Source: Octopus bimaculoides
Taxonomy: Eukaryota
Length of the DNA: 64,000 bases
Reading direction: 5' to 3'
Assembly (NCBI RefSeq): GCF_001194135.2
Contig: NC_069004.1
Location: forward strand, 31,474,775-31,538,774
The notes beneath the pieces were generated by a model. That model was not told the origin of the DNA. It worked only from the letters and a program-made list of their open reading frames with translations, and searched no databases. Made by a program: the position numbers and the translations under genes. This document shows, one piece after another, positions 12,051 to 26,202 of the stretch; position 1 is the first letter of the stretch, and every line of letters starts with the position of its first letter.

Positions 12051-13829
12051 AAACAGCTGAAAGACAGATCGGTTATTATATAGTAACCGACAGATCCACC
12101 TGAAGACACCACAAATCAGCGGTTTTCAAACTTAACAATCATCGCAACCCCTATTTTAGCGAACGAGTTATCATAAATAATCAGTTTTTATTCTTATAAT
12201 TATTGTTATATTTTCAATAAACCTCACTTAGCATTTCATACGTGGAGAAATATTCCTCACCGTTAGTTTATCGTAAATGTTAAAATCGACAGCCCTTATA
12301 GCTGTATTTTAAATATTTATAAACATTTCACATTTTAGCAAATATTTCAAAAGTAAAAGAATGTGTCTTCCCAATTCTGGAAGTTAGGAAGTGAAGCTGT
12401 AAAATAACGAAATTCATTTAGTCCAGTGTTTTTAAAATCGTCTCCGGTCATCTTCAATGAATGAATGAATAACAAACGATGATTCGTGGTTTTTTTTTAA
12501 TACAGACGAAGAGGTCACGTTCTTTTTTTAAGGGAGGGATCGCCCGATTATATTGATCCCCTGATAACTGAATTATTCCGTCGATTGTGTTAAACATCGG
12601 AAAGTCGAAAGGGATTTGAAGTCAGAACATAACGGAGACGTACGTGACTAAATACCGCAAGGCATTTTGTCCGACGTTTCCACCATGCACGAAACCCGAT
12701 TAAGATAATAGAGGTCTTATATAGATAATCGTTCTGGAATTTATAAAGACAATGAATTAAGTAAGAACGTGTGGCATTCATGACATTCCCACTGAAATTA
12801 AACGAGAGAAATGAAGTGAAATTGGGTTGTTAGATCTAATTGGGTAGTGGCTTCGGGCTCGTCAGGTTTACATTCCGTCAACATTTTTGTTATATAGGGC
12901 AACAGAGCATTTGTTGGGGATTATAATAACAGTAGTAAACACACAACGATCTTGTGATATTCATGTCTTTCAGTGAAACGTGTGGTGACGGTATTTACAA
13001 GGTAGATACACCTGGGGAATGTTTGGTTTAAATTGCAATTGGAGAGAATGAATAGAAAATACGTGAGAGATGAGAAAGAGAGAGGAACAGAAAAAAAGCG
13101 AAGGAAAAAAAAGAAAGAAATATACAGAAATGCATCAGAGAGAAAGCAAATGGATGTTACATATGGGACAATAAATAAACGGGGGGACTTTGTAAATAAA
13201 TAGACTGTAAGGAAGAACCATGAAGTAAGAGATATGTTGTGAAGAAATACTGACCTTGGGTAAATTTTAGACGACAGCCAACATTGCTGGTTCCAATCAA
13301 AGCGGAGTAATACAAGATTAGCGGCTTATCACTACTTAACAACAACGTTTATAGCTTGGAACTATTTCGCCCTTCACTTCATCATTGAAGTCCATCTCTA
13401 TTTTTGAATCAGAGACTTTGTTGGAAAATTAAGAAAAATAATATTAATTATAGATCAAAATTATCCTTTTTTTTCTTCTATTCTCATATTTTTATTTCTA
13501 GTTAATTCACTTTTTAATGGTCTTGTTTTGTTTTGTTTTGTTTTTTATTAAATTCGTTTGCGTTGAATTATCTATTGTTTTATATAATCCGCTAGTTTTA
13601 TTATTTTAATATCATTTACTGCTTAGCATCAGACTGACTTCCGATTTTTTAGGTGTATTTTTTTCGTAATCTATTCTTTGTATAACCCAGGTCTTTATTT
13701 GATCCGAAGAAACTAAAAAAAAAACCGCTACAACTGAAAAAAACATACTTAAGAAATAAATAAATGCAGGACTATTTTTCTTCGGAGAAATTAGGCTGGG
13801 TGCTTTAATTAAGAGTTTTAATCACGCAC

Positions 13830-13860
13830 TTAAGTGGAAGTATGGCGGAGCGCAACTTTC
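13830..13860. promoter_or_regulatory. Possible promoter-proximal motif (GGAAGT + ATGGCGG, ETS/YY1-like)
   Basis: taagtggaagtatggcggagcg sits in an otherwise very AT-rich non-repetitive stretch between the orphan - strand exon and the first traced exon of the NTPase gene; motif-only evidence. Confidence 0.2.
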
Positions 13861-14611
13861 CTATCGTCCGCTTTATTTTCTCTTAATTAAATTTCAACCA
13901 CAAAATGTTCTCAATTCATATAATATTTTATACCAGCACTATATTTATACACCATTTCTTTATTGTTTCCAGGATACCATGTTTTACATTCTAAGTATTT
14001 TAACAGAAATCTTGCATTTTTAAACCTATAACATATTCTCATCTTAACAGGTGTTTATTTAATTTTAAAATATTATTACCTATTTTTAAAAACACTTTAT
14101 CTACTCGTGAAATAGGACGTTATTTATGTAGTATACCGTTTGCATATTCAAAATAATATTTTAAAATTTTCTAGATTTATTATTATCATTATTAGTATTA
14201 TTATTATTATTTCGAAATCTATTTTGAATATTTTTCATCTTAACAAGGTTTATTAATTTTTTATTTCAAATTTACATCGAAAATGGTTTTAAAAACTACA
14301 ACAGGAAGCCAACACAAAATTCAAACGCACCATTTTCTTACAATTTATTATACATAATTCCATTTCGGTTATATATGTGTGTGTGTGTGTGTGTTTACAT
14401 TATCAGCGTTACTAAGATTAATATCTTAATTCTGTTCTAATGATTTCTCGTGAGAATCGTAGGAATTTATACCCTCACACACACACACACACACGCATAC
14501 GTTGTTGTATAACTGCAGGGTGGTCCTTATCGAGAAAACCTGAGATCAAAGACATTTCACCTGTGATCATCGCGCCGCGTCTTTCTTTTTAAGGCATAAT
14601 GTACTCTAGAC

Positions 14612-14905
14612 CAGGGGTTTTCAAACTTTTTGACACGCGGACCCCTTTATATTTCAGGCTTTACCTTAGGGACCCCCTTATAAACGCTTATGAAATTTAT
14701 ACATAAATATTTGCTTAAAATAACATATATTTTTACATTTATTTATTTAACAGTATTTAACAAAATAGGTTTATTGTCAATTAAAAGATTTTGATTAAAA
14801 AACATAAAATCAAATTGCCCATAAAAAGTATTTGCTGTCCACGGACCCCCTGTCTTCTTCTTGCAGACCCCCTGTGGTCTGCGGACCACAGTTTGAAAAC
14901 CCTTA
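14612..14905. mobile_element. hAT (Charlie-like) MITE
   Basis: TIRs caggggttttcaaac / gtttgaaaaccctta; imperfect 8-bp flanks ctctagac / ctctaaga, resembling the Charlie NTCTAGAN target. Confidence 0.7.
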
Positions 14906-16113
14906 CTCTAAGAGATAACAATACTGTCATTTAACCTCAGGAAAACATCTCCTCCAGCTGATTTATTCAGAGTGCTTCTCATACCTGATATTTATTGTAA
15001 GCGGGAGATAAGGGACTAGTTTCCTAGTTACAAAATCAGTGATTGTATGACACTGTGTTTCCTATATATTGCAAGTGGGGTCAAACTGCTGCCATGCCTA
15101 GCAACGAATTCCCACCAGAGAGAAGGTCCAAAACAGATCAAAACCATGTAGTCTGGTGATCTTGAAACCAGGGTGGCAGGAGTTATCTCCTGCTTGCAAT
15201 AAATATTGAGTGCAAGAAGCACACTGAATCAACCAGTTGCAAGAGATGTATTCCCGGGGTTAAATGGCAATAATATTGTCTCTTAGAGGAAAGCCACATT
15301 AAAGTGGTCGTGCACAATACTTTTTCGTTCATATATTATTTCAATCTCAAGCAGATTTTCTAATGGAGTAGTTTCCTAATCATAATTTAGTTTAACATTA
15401 AACCAAAGTGGAAAAATAAGGGGAAAAGAAGTTGATGCTTTAAAATCAACAAAAGTTTATATCGGACATGACTGTCCGATTGAGAACAACAAGAAAAGTT
15501 TCTTTACATAGCAGAATTTTTTGATAGAGAACAAGAATTAAGTTTAAATCATTATGTAGATATGTGTGTGTGTGTATTTATCTGTGCTTTCATAATGTGA
15601 ATATGTTCCTGTGTTCTTTATAAGAGACTTTGCAAACAGACTTTGCCAATGCTGGTGCCACATAAAAAGCATGCAGTCCACTCTGTAAAGTGGTTGGCAT
15701 TAGGACAGGCATCCAGCTGTGAAAACCATGCCAAAACAGACAGTGGAGCTTGGCACAGTCTTGTGGCATGCCAGCTCCTGTCAAACCATCCAACCCATGC
15801 TAGAATGGAAAAAGAATCGTTCTGTTTTTTTTTTTATATAATTCAGGCAAAAATAAGGCAGCATCGTTAGCGGCATTTTGTCCATCTTTGCATTCCGAGT
15901 TCAAATTCTGCCAAGGTCAGTTTTGCCTTTTATCCTTCCAGGGTCAATAAAATACATACCAGTTGAACACTGGGGTCAATGTAATCGACTTAAACCCTCC
16001 CTCGAAATTGCTGGCCTTGTGCCAAAAATCCGAAGCCCCTATTTCAGGCCAAAATGTGTGTAAATTGATTGTCTGTGAACTTCTAGAATTTTCTTGTTTC
16101 TTCTCTTTTGCAG

Positions 16114-17136
16114 CCAGACAGAATTATCAAATATAAACCAGTCTATAAAGGCCTGACCGGGAAGAGAAAAAGACCCAAACTACAGTTTAATGATTGTCTG
16201 AAGGAAATGGTAAGTTGGGAATGACGGTGATGATGATGATGTCGTCACCACCACCACAACCATCATTGCCATCATCATTATCACATTAATCATCGCAATC
16301 ATCCCATTAGTCATCATGGCTACCATCATCACAGTAATTATTAAATCACCATCATCATCATCACCACCACCATAATAATAATAATCCTTACCATTACCTT
16401 TGTCACCATCATCACCACCACCACCACTACCATCATCACTATCATTGTCGCCACCACCATCACATTCGCCATCATCCTCGTTATCTTCATCATCATCACC
16501 ACCATCAGCCATAGTCCTGGTTTACCAAGTTAATGTCGTAAGAAGCCAACAAATAAAACATATTTGTGTCTGTTTGGAACAAAATTTTACACTAACACCT
16601 CACTAATTTTGGTTTGTAATATCCATAATATAATTCTATTTTAAAATATAAAATTACACTTGACCGGTTTCACATTAGATTTTCAAACGTATATACTGTA
16701 CGAAGCTGTGTCAGAAATTGTGTCTGTTTTGGCCATTATTGTATTTTTTTATGCTTTCCTTCTCTGCCACCATTTCTACCATCGTAATCATTCGTCTTTC
16801 AGATCTGCGAGTTTGTGAAGATGAGAATCCTCCATGACTACCTCGGCCACCCGTGTCACCGAGGTATGTACTACGACCACATGGCACGACAACTTCACGA
16901 GAGTTTCATGCTGAAGAAGAGCGAACGGGTAATGGGACGTGAGAAAATAATTAACGAGGTAAGGCAAATTAACAACAATTTTGTTATGCATGCATATGAG
17001 CGATTGAAAGAGAGGACTGGATCAATGTGAAATGAAGTGTTTTGCTCAAGAACACAACATGCAGCCCTGTCTGGGAATCAAACCCATGAACTAGTGATCA
17101 TGAGTGCAACAGCATAACCACTAGGCCATGTACCTT

Positions 17137-17177
<41 letters not shown>

Positions 17178-19614
17178 GAAAGAAGGTTATTTGGTCATAG
17201 AGAATCTACCTCAATAAATTCTGTGCAACCCATGCTGGCATAGAAAAGAGGACATTAAATAATGATTAGACATATATGTGGAAGGAGATAGCAAGACTAG
17301 GTTTACTTAAGGGGGCTTCCCATAGGGGCCAATTTCTATTTTCTGACATTTTTCCAAAATGGCCAAGTCTCAGGGTTTCCTAAATTTAAACATCCAACCT
17401 GTAATTAAGAAAAACAAAATAAAAAGAATTGTTGCTCATTAAAAATTAATTTTATATTTTTCTATGTTTGTTTATTTGTATCCAACCAGATTGAAGAATA
17501 CATTGTCCAAGAGAAAAGAGACGTACCTCTTATTTTGGTGGGTGGAGCTGGTTCAGGCAAGTCTTCAGTTCTGTGCAAGGCTGCAGCTCTTATTTCTAAA
17601 AAGGCTAGTGAGGATCTGAAAAGGTAAGCACCCACCCCTTACATCACCTCTCACTTCCTCCCTGTCCCTCACCCTAGCTCCATCTTTCAAACATACCCTA
17701 ACTCCTTTCAGTGAAATTATTCAGAAAAGCCCTTGGAATTTTGTCTAAAAGAGCCAAGCTCTTTCATGCTCTGGTTTCGTACCATTTATATTCACAGGCT
17801 TGGCTGTGTGATTAAGAAGCTTGCTTCCCTCTGTAGTTGGAATATTCAATGTGAAATGTGTTTGGTGAATACTGGTGATCTTGTCAGTGCTGGTGCCACA
17901 TAAGAANNNNNNNNNNNNNNNNNNNNNNNNNNNNNNNNNNNNNNNNNNNNNNNNNNNNNNNNNNNNNNNNNNNNNNNNNNNNNNNNNNNNNNNNNNNNNN
18001 NNNNNNNNNNNNNNNNNNNNNNNNNNNNNNNNNNNNNNNNNNNNNNNNNNNNNNNNNNNNNNNNNNNNNNNNNNNNNNNNNNNNNNNNNNNNNNNNNNNN
18101 NNNNNNNNNNNNNNNNNNNNNNNNNNNNNNNNNNNNNNNNNNNNNNNNNNNNNNNNNNNNNNNNNNNNNNNNNNNNNNNNNNNNNNNNNNNNNNNNNNNN
18201 NNNNNNNNNNNNNNNNNNNNNNNNNNNNNNNNNNNNNNNNNNNNNNNNNNNNNNNNNNNNNNNNNNNNNNNNNNNNNNNNNNNNNNNNNNNNNNNNNNNN
18301 NNNNNNNNNNNNNNNNNNNNNNNNNNNNNNNNNNNNNNNNNNNNNNNNNNNNNNNNNNNNNNNNNNNNNNNNNNNNNNNNNNNNNNNNNNNNNNNNNNNN
18401 NNNNNNNNNNNNNNNNNNNNNNNNNNNNNNNNNNNNNNNNNNNNNNNNNNNNNNNNNNNNNNNNNNNNNNNNNNNNNNNNNNNNNNNNNNNNNNNNNNNN
18501 NNNNNNNNNNNNNNNNNNNNNNNNNNNNNNNNNNNNNNNNNNNNNNNNNNNNNNNNNNNNNNNNNNNNNNNNNNNNNNNNNNNNNNNNNNNNNNNNNNNN
18601 NNNNNTGTGTTTATTTGGCAAGAGATTTTTTTTAAATGACCATCTCGAAATATAACAAAATCTGTTGTAATACACAATTTCACAACAAGAATCTCACAAA
18701 ACAAATTCATAAAAAAAAAAAAAAATAGTTCACTAATAAATTCAGCCCCCTTAATACTCAAAATCATTTCAGGTGTTTAGAGACCCTACCTTGAAAAGCC
18801 AAGGCATCCCACCACCCCAGCAAAGGTTGAATATTGACCATTTTATTTTACCAACTGCTGCTCTAAGTTTTTAAGACAATAAAATCTTATGTCTGACATG
18901 TTGCTGTTTATTAGGGTTTTTTTCATCATTTTTTTGTTTTTTATTAAAGTATTTGAGTTTTTTTTTTTGTTCAATCTTCCCCTCTCCTCTTCATCAGTGC
19001 AAGTGGAAAGTCTTGGCATGTCTTTTACCATTTTGTTGGCGCCGTACCAGGTTCTACAACCGTTGAGGTCATGCTCAAAAGACTACTTCGAGAAATGGAC
19101 AGAATTAATGTAAGTTAACAACCAGTTCTCCCTTGTTTTATTCGTGTGTGTGCTTATAGACATAGGTGTGGCAGTGTGGTTAGAAGCTTGCTTCCCAACC
19201 ACATGGTTCCAGGTTCAGTCCCACTGTGGCACCTTGGACAAATGTCTTCTACTAGAGCCATGAGCTGACCAAAGCCTTCTAAGTGGATTTGGTAGACAGA
19301 AACTGAAAGAAGCCTGTTGTGTGTATGTATGTATATGTGTGTGTGTCCTAAACAAAATGGCATTAATTTTTGACTCACCCCCATATATATATAGAGAGAG
19401 ACTCTATATGAGCCTCACAAGTTATCCACAAAGCTTTGGGCTTTGTGGGTGCAAAATCTTGGGTAACTCTATATAAAATTTTCTTGTAATAATCACTGCT
19501 CTATTTAGCCATCCGGTTGCACCAGTCCTCAGTCAAATCATCCAACCCATGCTAGCATGGAAAGCGGACGTTAAACGATGATGATGATGCTTCTTTCTGA
19601 TATATGTTTTTTTT

Positions 19615-19651
<37 letters not shown>

Positions 19652-22600
19652 GTGATGTCCTCTCATATCATCTTCATCACCCCCTGCCATTCCTTGCCTT
19701 TCTTATAATTCTTGATCATTCCTGTCTATTAAGCTTCCTTCCTCCCTTCCAAACATGACAATCCGGTACATAACTTGTCTGCAATATCACTTTGTCTTTT
19801 TTTTTTTACCAGGACTCCAATATGCCGCCCAAAGATCTTGACGCCACAGCCCAGATGTGTTGCAGTATGTTGTCCAACCCAAACACACGTCCTCTCATTA
19901 TGTTTGTCGATGCCCTCAACCAGGTAAATATCATAAAGGAACACGTCTTTTTAGATAAAGACTCCCCAACACCCTTTATCGGTCATGTCAACAAAACCTA
20001 GTTCAGTCATTGGTGAATAAGCATGTGCAGGTGCCATGTAATAAGCACCTGTGCCAGGTGGCACGTAAAAGCACCTGTGTTGGTGCCAGGTGATAAGCAC
20101 CCATACAGATGTCACACTGAAAAGCACCCATGCCACCTAAAAATCACTCAGTACACCCTGTAAAAGTGGTTGGTGCTAGGAAGGGCATCCAGCTGTAGAA
20201 GCCATGATTAGAACCTGCTGCAGCTCTCCGCCTGGCCTGCTCCTGTCTAACTGTCCAACCCATGCCAGCTTGGAAAGCAGATATTAAATGATGATGGGAA
20301 TGAAAGGATGGGAGGCAAAATGGACCCCTGGCTTGATTTCAATTCAGAACGCAAACAGCCGGAACAAATATTGGTAAAGACATTTTGTTTGATGTTCTGA
20401 CAAATCTTTTAATGAACCACTTTGGATTTGGAACTTTATTTTATCAACCAGGAACAGATGAAATCTTGGCAAGGTTTCCTACTCCTGCCTGCTCATGGTG
20501 CTCCTTTTACCCAGTCACGGTCCTCTTCCCACCCAGTCGTGCTCCTCCTCCCGTCCAGTCGCATTCTCCTCCTCCCATCCAGTCGCATTCTCCTCCTCCC
20601 ATCCAGTCGCACTCTCCTCCTCCCACCCGGTCGCGCTCCCCTCCTCCCACTCAGTCTTGCTCCTCCTCCTGCCCGGTCGCGCTCCTCCTCCCCGGTCGCG
20701 CTCCTCCTCCTCCCCGGTCGCGCTCCTCCTCCTCCCGTCCGGTCACACTCTCCTCCCACCTAGTCGCACTCTCCTCCTCTCACCTGGTCGCGCTAACCTC
20801 CTCCCACCAGCTCGCACTTCTCCTCCTCCTCCCACCTGGTCGCACTCCTCCACTACTAATCCATGATGCTCTTCCTCCCCAGTCGTGGTGCTCCACCTAC
20901 CTAATCCTGGTAACTCCGCCCACCTTGTGGTTTCCACTGCCTTCCATTAAAACCTACCACCATACAAAATTTTTTAAAAAACCCCATGCCTCCATCATTT
21001 CACTCAAACCCACATTAACCAACGCATAATCTCCAACATTCTTTTTCCCTTCTTATTTCTCGTTGTAGTTTGTTGATGACCAGGCTGCTCGGGTACTGAG
21101 TTGGTTGCCACGGAAACTAGCACCACAAGTTCGAATAATTTTCTCATCCATAGGCAAATCCCAGCAACACCTAACTTTGGTCAATCGTGAGACGAAACCG
21201 ATTGAAATACACATAACTCCACTGGACGTGGAGTCGCGTAAGGTACCGTGGCTCCTCTTACTATTTTTGCAACCACCACCACCACCACTCCTACTACTAT
21301 TTCTATGACCTCTACTACTACTACTACTACTATGCTATTACTGCTGATAATAATAAGGATGTTAATCCCATTTTGTAACTCATGACTATGTTGAGACAGT
21401 TAACCCTACCTTGTGACACCCCCTGCCTCCAAACACTATGTTGAGGCAGTTGACCTTAATTTATGACTATGTTGAGACGGTGAACCATAATTTGTGATAC
21501 TATGTTGAGGCAGTTAACCCTTCCTCGTGACACAGAGGCGGTCCTACATCCAGACACTGTTGAGACCGTTACACTTCCTCCAAATTCTATGCTGAGGCAG
21601 TTAACCTTCATGACTTTGTTGAGGCAGTGAACCATACCATGTGACACTATGTTGAAGCAATTAACCCTACTCCCAGACACTCTTGAGGCAGTTAACCCTA
21701 CGTCATGACACTGTTGAAGCAGTTAATCCTACATTGTGACACTATGTTGAGGCAGTTAATCCTACTTGGTGACTCTTTTGAGACAGAGAACCATACCTTG
21801 TAACACTGTGTTGAGGCAATTAACCCTACCTCGAGACACTGTTGAGACAGTTAACCCTACCACATGTAACTATGTTGGGGCAGTTAATCGTCCTTCCAGA
21901 CACTATGTTGAGGCAGTTAACCTTGCTTCATGCCATTATGTTGAGACAGTTAACTCCCCACAACACAAAGCTACATTGAAGCTGTAAAACTGACCCCTTT
22001 TTTTATGTTTCCCCTCTCTCTCCCCACCCACACAGGATATGGCTCGGGATTTGTTGCAGTCCGATGTAGGGAACGAAATTTGTTTATCTGATGACCAGTT
22101 AAATGATCTGATGACCAAAGAATCGTCCGAAAACCCTCTCTGGCTTGCTGTAGCTTGCGAGGAATTGAAACATGTAAATAATGGTGAAATTAATCAAAAG
22201 ATTAACGATCTCCCAAATGGTTTGCTCAAGTAAGTCGCATTACGTTATTGTCAAAACTCCCCCTGGCCCCTTCCTCGAGTAAGTCACATTACATTATTGT
22301 CAACCCCAACACCCCCCCACTCACTAGCCCCTTCCTCAAGTAAATTGCATTACATTATTCTCAAACCCTCCCCTGTGTAATGTAGTTGCATTACATTATT
22401 GTCCACTTTCCCATGCTTACATGGGTCAGATGTAGTCTTTTGAGACGAATGTTCTACAGCTGGATGCCCTTCCTGTCACCAATCCTTACCGATTTCCAAG
22501 CAAAGTAATATTTTCCCCCATGGCCAGACATGTTTGGTTGTCTCCCCTTCCATTGGAGTTTAGTTTTTTCACCTAACACCGAATGTTGCTAAATGTTTAA

Positions 22601-25096
22601 CTGCATGCCTGTATGTATGTCTCTTGGATTGTGTCACATATATATATATATATATATATAATATATAATCCAAATAGTTATACGCATATATATATATATA
22701 TATATGTCACCTAACACCCTGTTAAAACCCTAGCATGAAACCAATTGGTAAGATCACCTGTAATGGATATATGATACTGTACACTTTAATATACCCATGC
22801 TATTGACAGATATATGAGTGCCTTTTTTCCTGACGTATGGACTCTTAGACACACCTTAGACATATATTTGTGTGTAAATTGTATAACTTGTAATAGGAAG
22901 GGTGCCCAGCCATAGAAAATCTACTTCTATGAACTCTGACCTTTGCAAGTACAGAAAAAGGGGAAATTAAATGCCAATGATGAGATATATTTGTATATCT
23001 GTTAATTATATTTCTCTCTCTTTGTTTTTCTCTCTTTCGGAAAACGCGTGTCCAGTCTGTTGGCTGAGGTTTTGACCAGACTGGAAAACACTCCACAAGG
23101 CAACCTCATCACTGCAACACTTTGTCTTCTTGAAGCTTCTTCTGTTGGACTCTTGGAGTCTGAATTACGTCAGATATTGGGGAACGAGGCCACCCTCATG
23201 CCTCCATCACCTTTTGATGAAAAAGGTCAGACCATCTTTTTCCCTTTCTCACTCTCTTTCTTTCTTTTCCTTTCACTGTTGTCTTCCCCTCTCTTCCTAT
23301 GTCTCTTCTCTTCCCTCTCTTTTCTTCTTTATTCTCCCTCTCACCACTACTCTCTCTCTCCTTGCATACAAATTTTGTGTATGTATGTATGTTTTTGTGT
23401 ATCTTTGTCTATGCATGTGTTTAAGTAGTTGTGCATATGTAATATATATGTGTATGTGTTTATGTGTATATATATATATGTGTGTGTGTGTTTTACATAT
23501 GCAGAAGAGAAAGAAAGTTCTGAGAAAGAAAGTACCAAGCACTGCCAGAGCTTGCCAGAAGAGAAATGGCAAGAAGTTTATTCAACCCTGAAACCATTTC
23601 TACGACCTTATGGAGACAGCAAGGAAGGAAGGATTGACTTCTACCATCGGGCAGTGAGCAAAGCTGTGAGAAAAATGTAAGTAACAAGTTCCTTCTCGTC
23701 TTATCCTAACAACAGACACTGCTTTCTAGGGTTCGGTTTGTTGAAGGTGTATTTGGTTGCGAAACCTGTGGTAGAGGCGGGTGGTACAAAGGACCTTAAG
23801 TGACAGACTGTTGTGTATGTGCATTTGTTTATATGTATATATATATATATATATAAATATGCTTACTTATGTGTATTGGCATTCCTTAACCCAGTGAAGT
23901 ATCCTCGCCTCAGTTCTTCTTAATATCAATCTTGACAAACAGATATTTCATTGTTGTTGTTGATTATGAGTTTTATTTTCTTTATTTTACTTCAGCTATT
24001 TCGAGCCAGAAGAAAGTGAACTTGATAAAGGTCGATCATATTATTGGTGGCACAAGAAACTTGCAGACTTTTTCCAAAACACACCGAATACAGACCGTAT
24101 GATAGAAGTAAGGACATTTTGTTTAANNNNNNNNNNNNNNNNNNNNNNNNNNNNNNNNNNNNNNNNNNNNNNNNNCATGTTCTTTTTTTTTTTTTTACTT
24201 TCTTTTAATTTGATTCTCCAACACAAAAATCCTGAGAAATGAAAGATATTGTCATCACCATTCAATGCCTGTTTGCCATTTCATTCATTCTAAAAGGACA
24301 AGAAGTCAATTTGTCCTCGACAGGATTTGAACTCAGAACATAAAATGCCAGAACAAATGCTGCTGCTAGGCACTTTTTCCAATGTGCAAATGATTCTCTC
24401 AGCTCAACTTCTTTCAGTTTATTGCAGATAAATTTTAATTAAATTTTAAATGGACCCTCGTTAAGGACCACCGTTGTCGAGGCTTTTTCTGTTGTTTTTG
24501 CTGATGGTATTATGACGGCAGTATTATAATGTTGTTGCTAATGCTATTGTTGCTGTTGCTAACGTCTGTGATGCTATCTGCTTCTCCTGCCAGGAATATC
24601 CCTACCAATTGGTCTGTCTTGATGACACTTACCGATTATCCAAATGTCTCTGTGATTGGCGTATCTTTGATGTCCTTTATCATGAAGAATACAGCTCTGT
24701 CTTGTTGTCTCTCTGGAGAAAGGTAGGCAACGTTCTCATCATCTGTCTGTGTGTCCCTCTGCTGTGTCTCAAAGTGTATGTCTGTATCTGTTATGTCGGT
24801 GTGTTGGTCTATCTACATCATCCTCTCTCTCTCTCTCTCTCTCTCACATACATGCACAAGTGCTTTCATTATTCCTTCATTCAAAGGGCAGTCTACATTG
24901 CTTTAGTGTCCACTTTTCCATGCTTACATGGGTCAGATGGAGTTTTTTCTCCGTATTTTCTCCGTATTCTTTCTGTTGAAGAGCGTAGTTTGAAACATTA
25001 AAGATTTTCTCTATTCCCGAGCGTCAAACTAATACATCCTTTTGTTGTTTACACCACCTGTCCTCGTCTGTTGTTGTTTTTTTCGTAAATTCTCCC

Positions 25097-25154
<58 letters not shown>

Positions 25155-26171
25155 GTGTGTGTATATATATATATGTGTGTGTATATATATATATGTGTGT
25201 GTATNNNNNNNNNNNNNNNNNNNNNNNNNNNNNNNNNNNNNNNNNNNNNNNNNNNNNNNNNNNNNNNNNNNNNNNNNNNNNNNNNNNNNNNNNNNNNNNN
25301 NNNNNNNNNNNNNNNNNNNNNNNNNNNNNNNNNNNNNNNNNNNNNNNNNNNNNNNNNNNNNNNNNNNNNNNNNNNNNNNNNNNNNNNNNNNNNNNNNNNN
25401 NNNNNNNNNNNNNNNNNNNNNNNNNNNNNNNNNNNNNNNNNNNNNNNNNNNNNNNNNNNNNNNNNNNNNNNNNNNNNNNNNNNNNNNNNNNNNNNNNNNN
25501 NNNNNNNNNNNNNNNNNNNNNNNNNNNNNNNNNNNNNNNNNNNNNNNNNNNNNNNNNNNNNNNNNNNNNNNNNNNNNNNNNNNNNNNNNNNNNNNNNNNN
25601 NNNNNNNNNNNNNNNNNNNNNNNNNNNNNNNNNNNNNNNNNNNNNNNNNNNNNNNNNNNNNNNNNNNNNNNNNNNNNNNNNNNNNNNNNNNNNNNNNNNN
25701 NNNNNNNNNNNNNNNNNNNNNNNNNNNNNNNNNNNNNNNNNNNNNNNNNNNNNNNNNNNNNNNNNNNNNNNNNNNNNNNNNNNNNNNNNNNNNNNNNNNN
25801 NNNNNNNNNNNNNNNNNNNNNNNNNNNNNNNNNNNNNNNNNNNNNNNNNNNNNNNNNNNNNNNNNNNNNNNNNNNNNNNNNNNNNNNNNNNNNNNNNNNN
25901 NNNNNNNNNNNNNNNNNNNNNNNNNNNNNNNNNNNNNNNNNNNNNNNNNNNNNNNNNNNNNNNNNNNNNNNNNNNNNNNNNNNNNNNNNNNNNNNNNNNN
26001 NNNNNNNNNNNNNNNNNNNNNNNNNNNNNNNNNNNNNNNNNNNNNNNNNNNNNNNNNNNNNNNNNNNNNNNNNNNNNNNNNNNNNNNNNNATATGTATAT
26101 ATATATATATATGTGTATATATGTATATATATATATATATGTGTATATATATATATATGTATATATATATG

Positions 26172-26202
<31 letters not shown>

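Noticed and set aside
13255-13400. Possible first coding exon (MDFNDEVKGEIVPSYK...) of the orphan - strand gene
   Set aside because: The ATG frame stops after 19 codons, and the frames reaching the donor have upstream stops and no ATG; at best a UTR exon.
20385-21029. 214-aa Pro/Ser-rich ORF with SHSPPP repeats (extensin- or SR-like)
   Set aside because: It is a minisatellite in the intron between phase-compatible exons 19923 and 21069, and is open in four frames.
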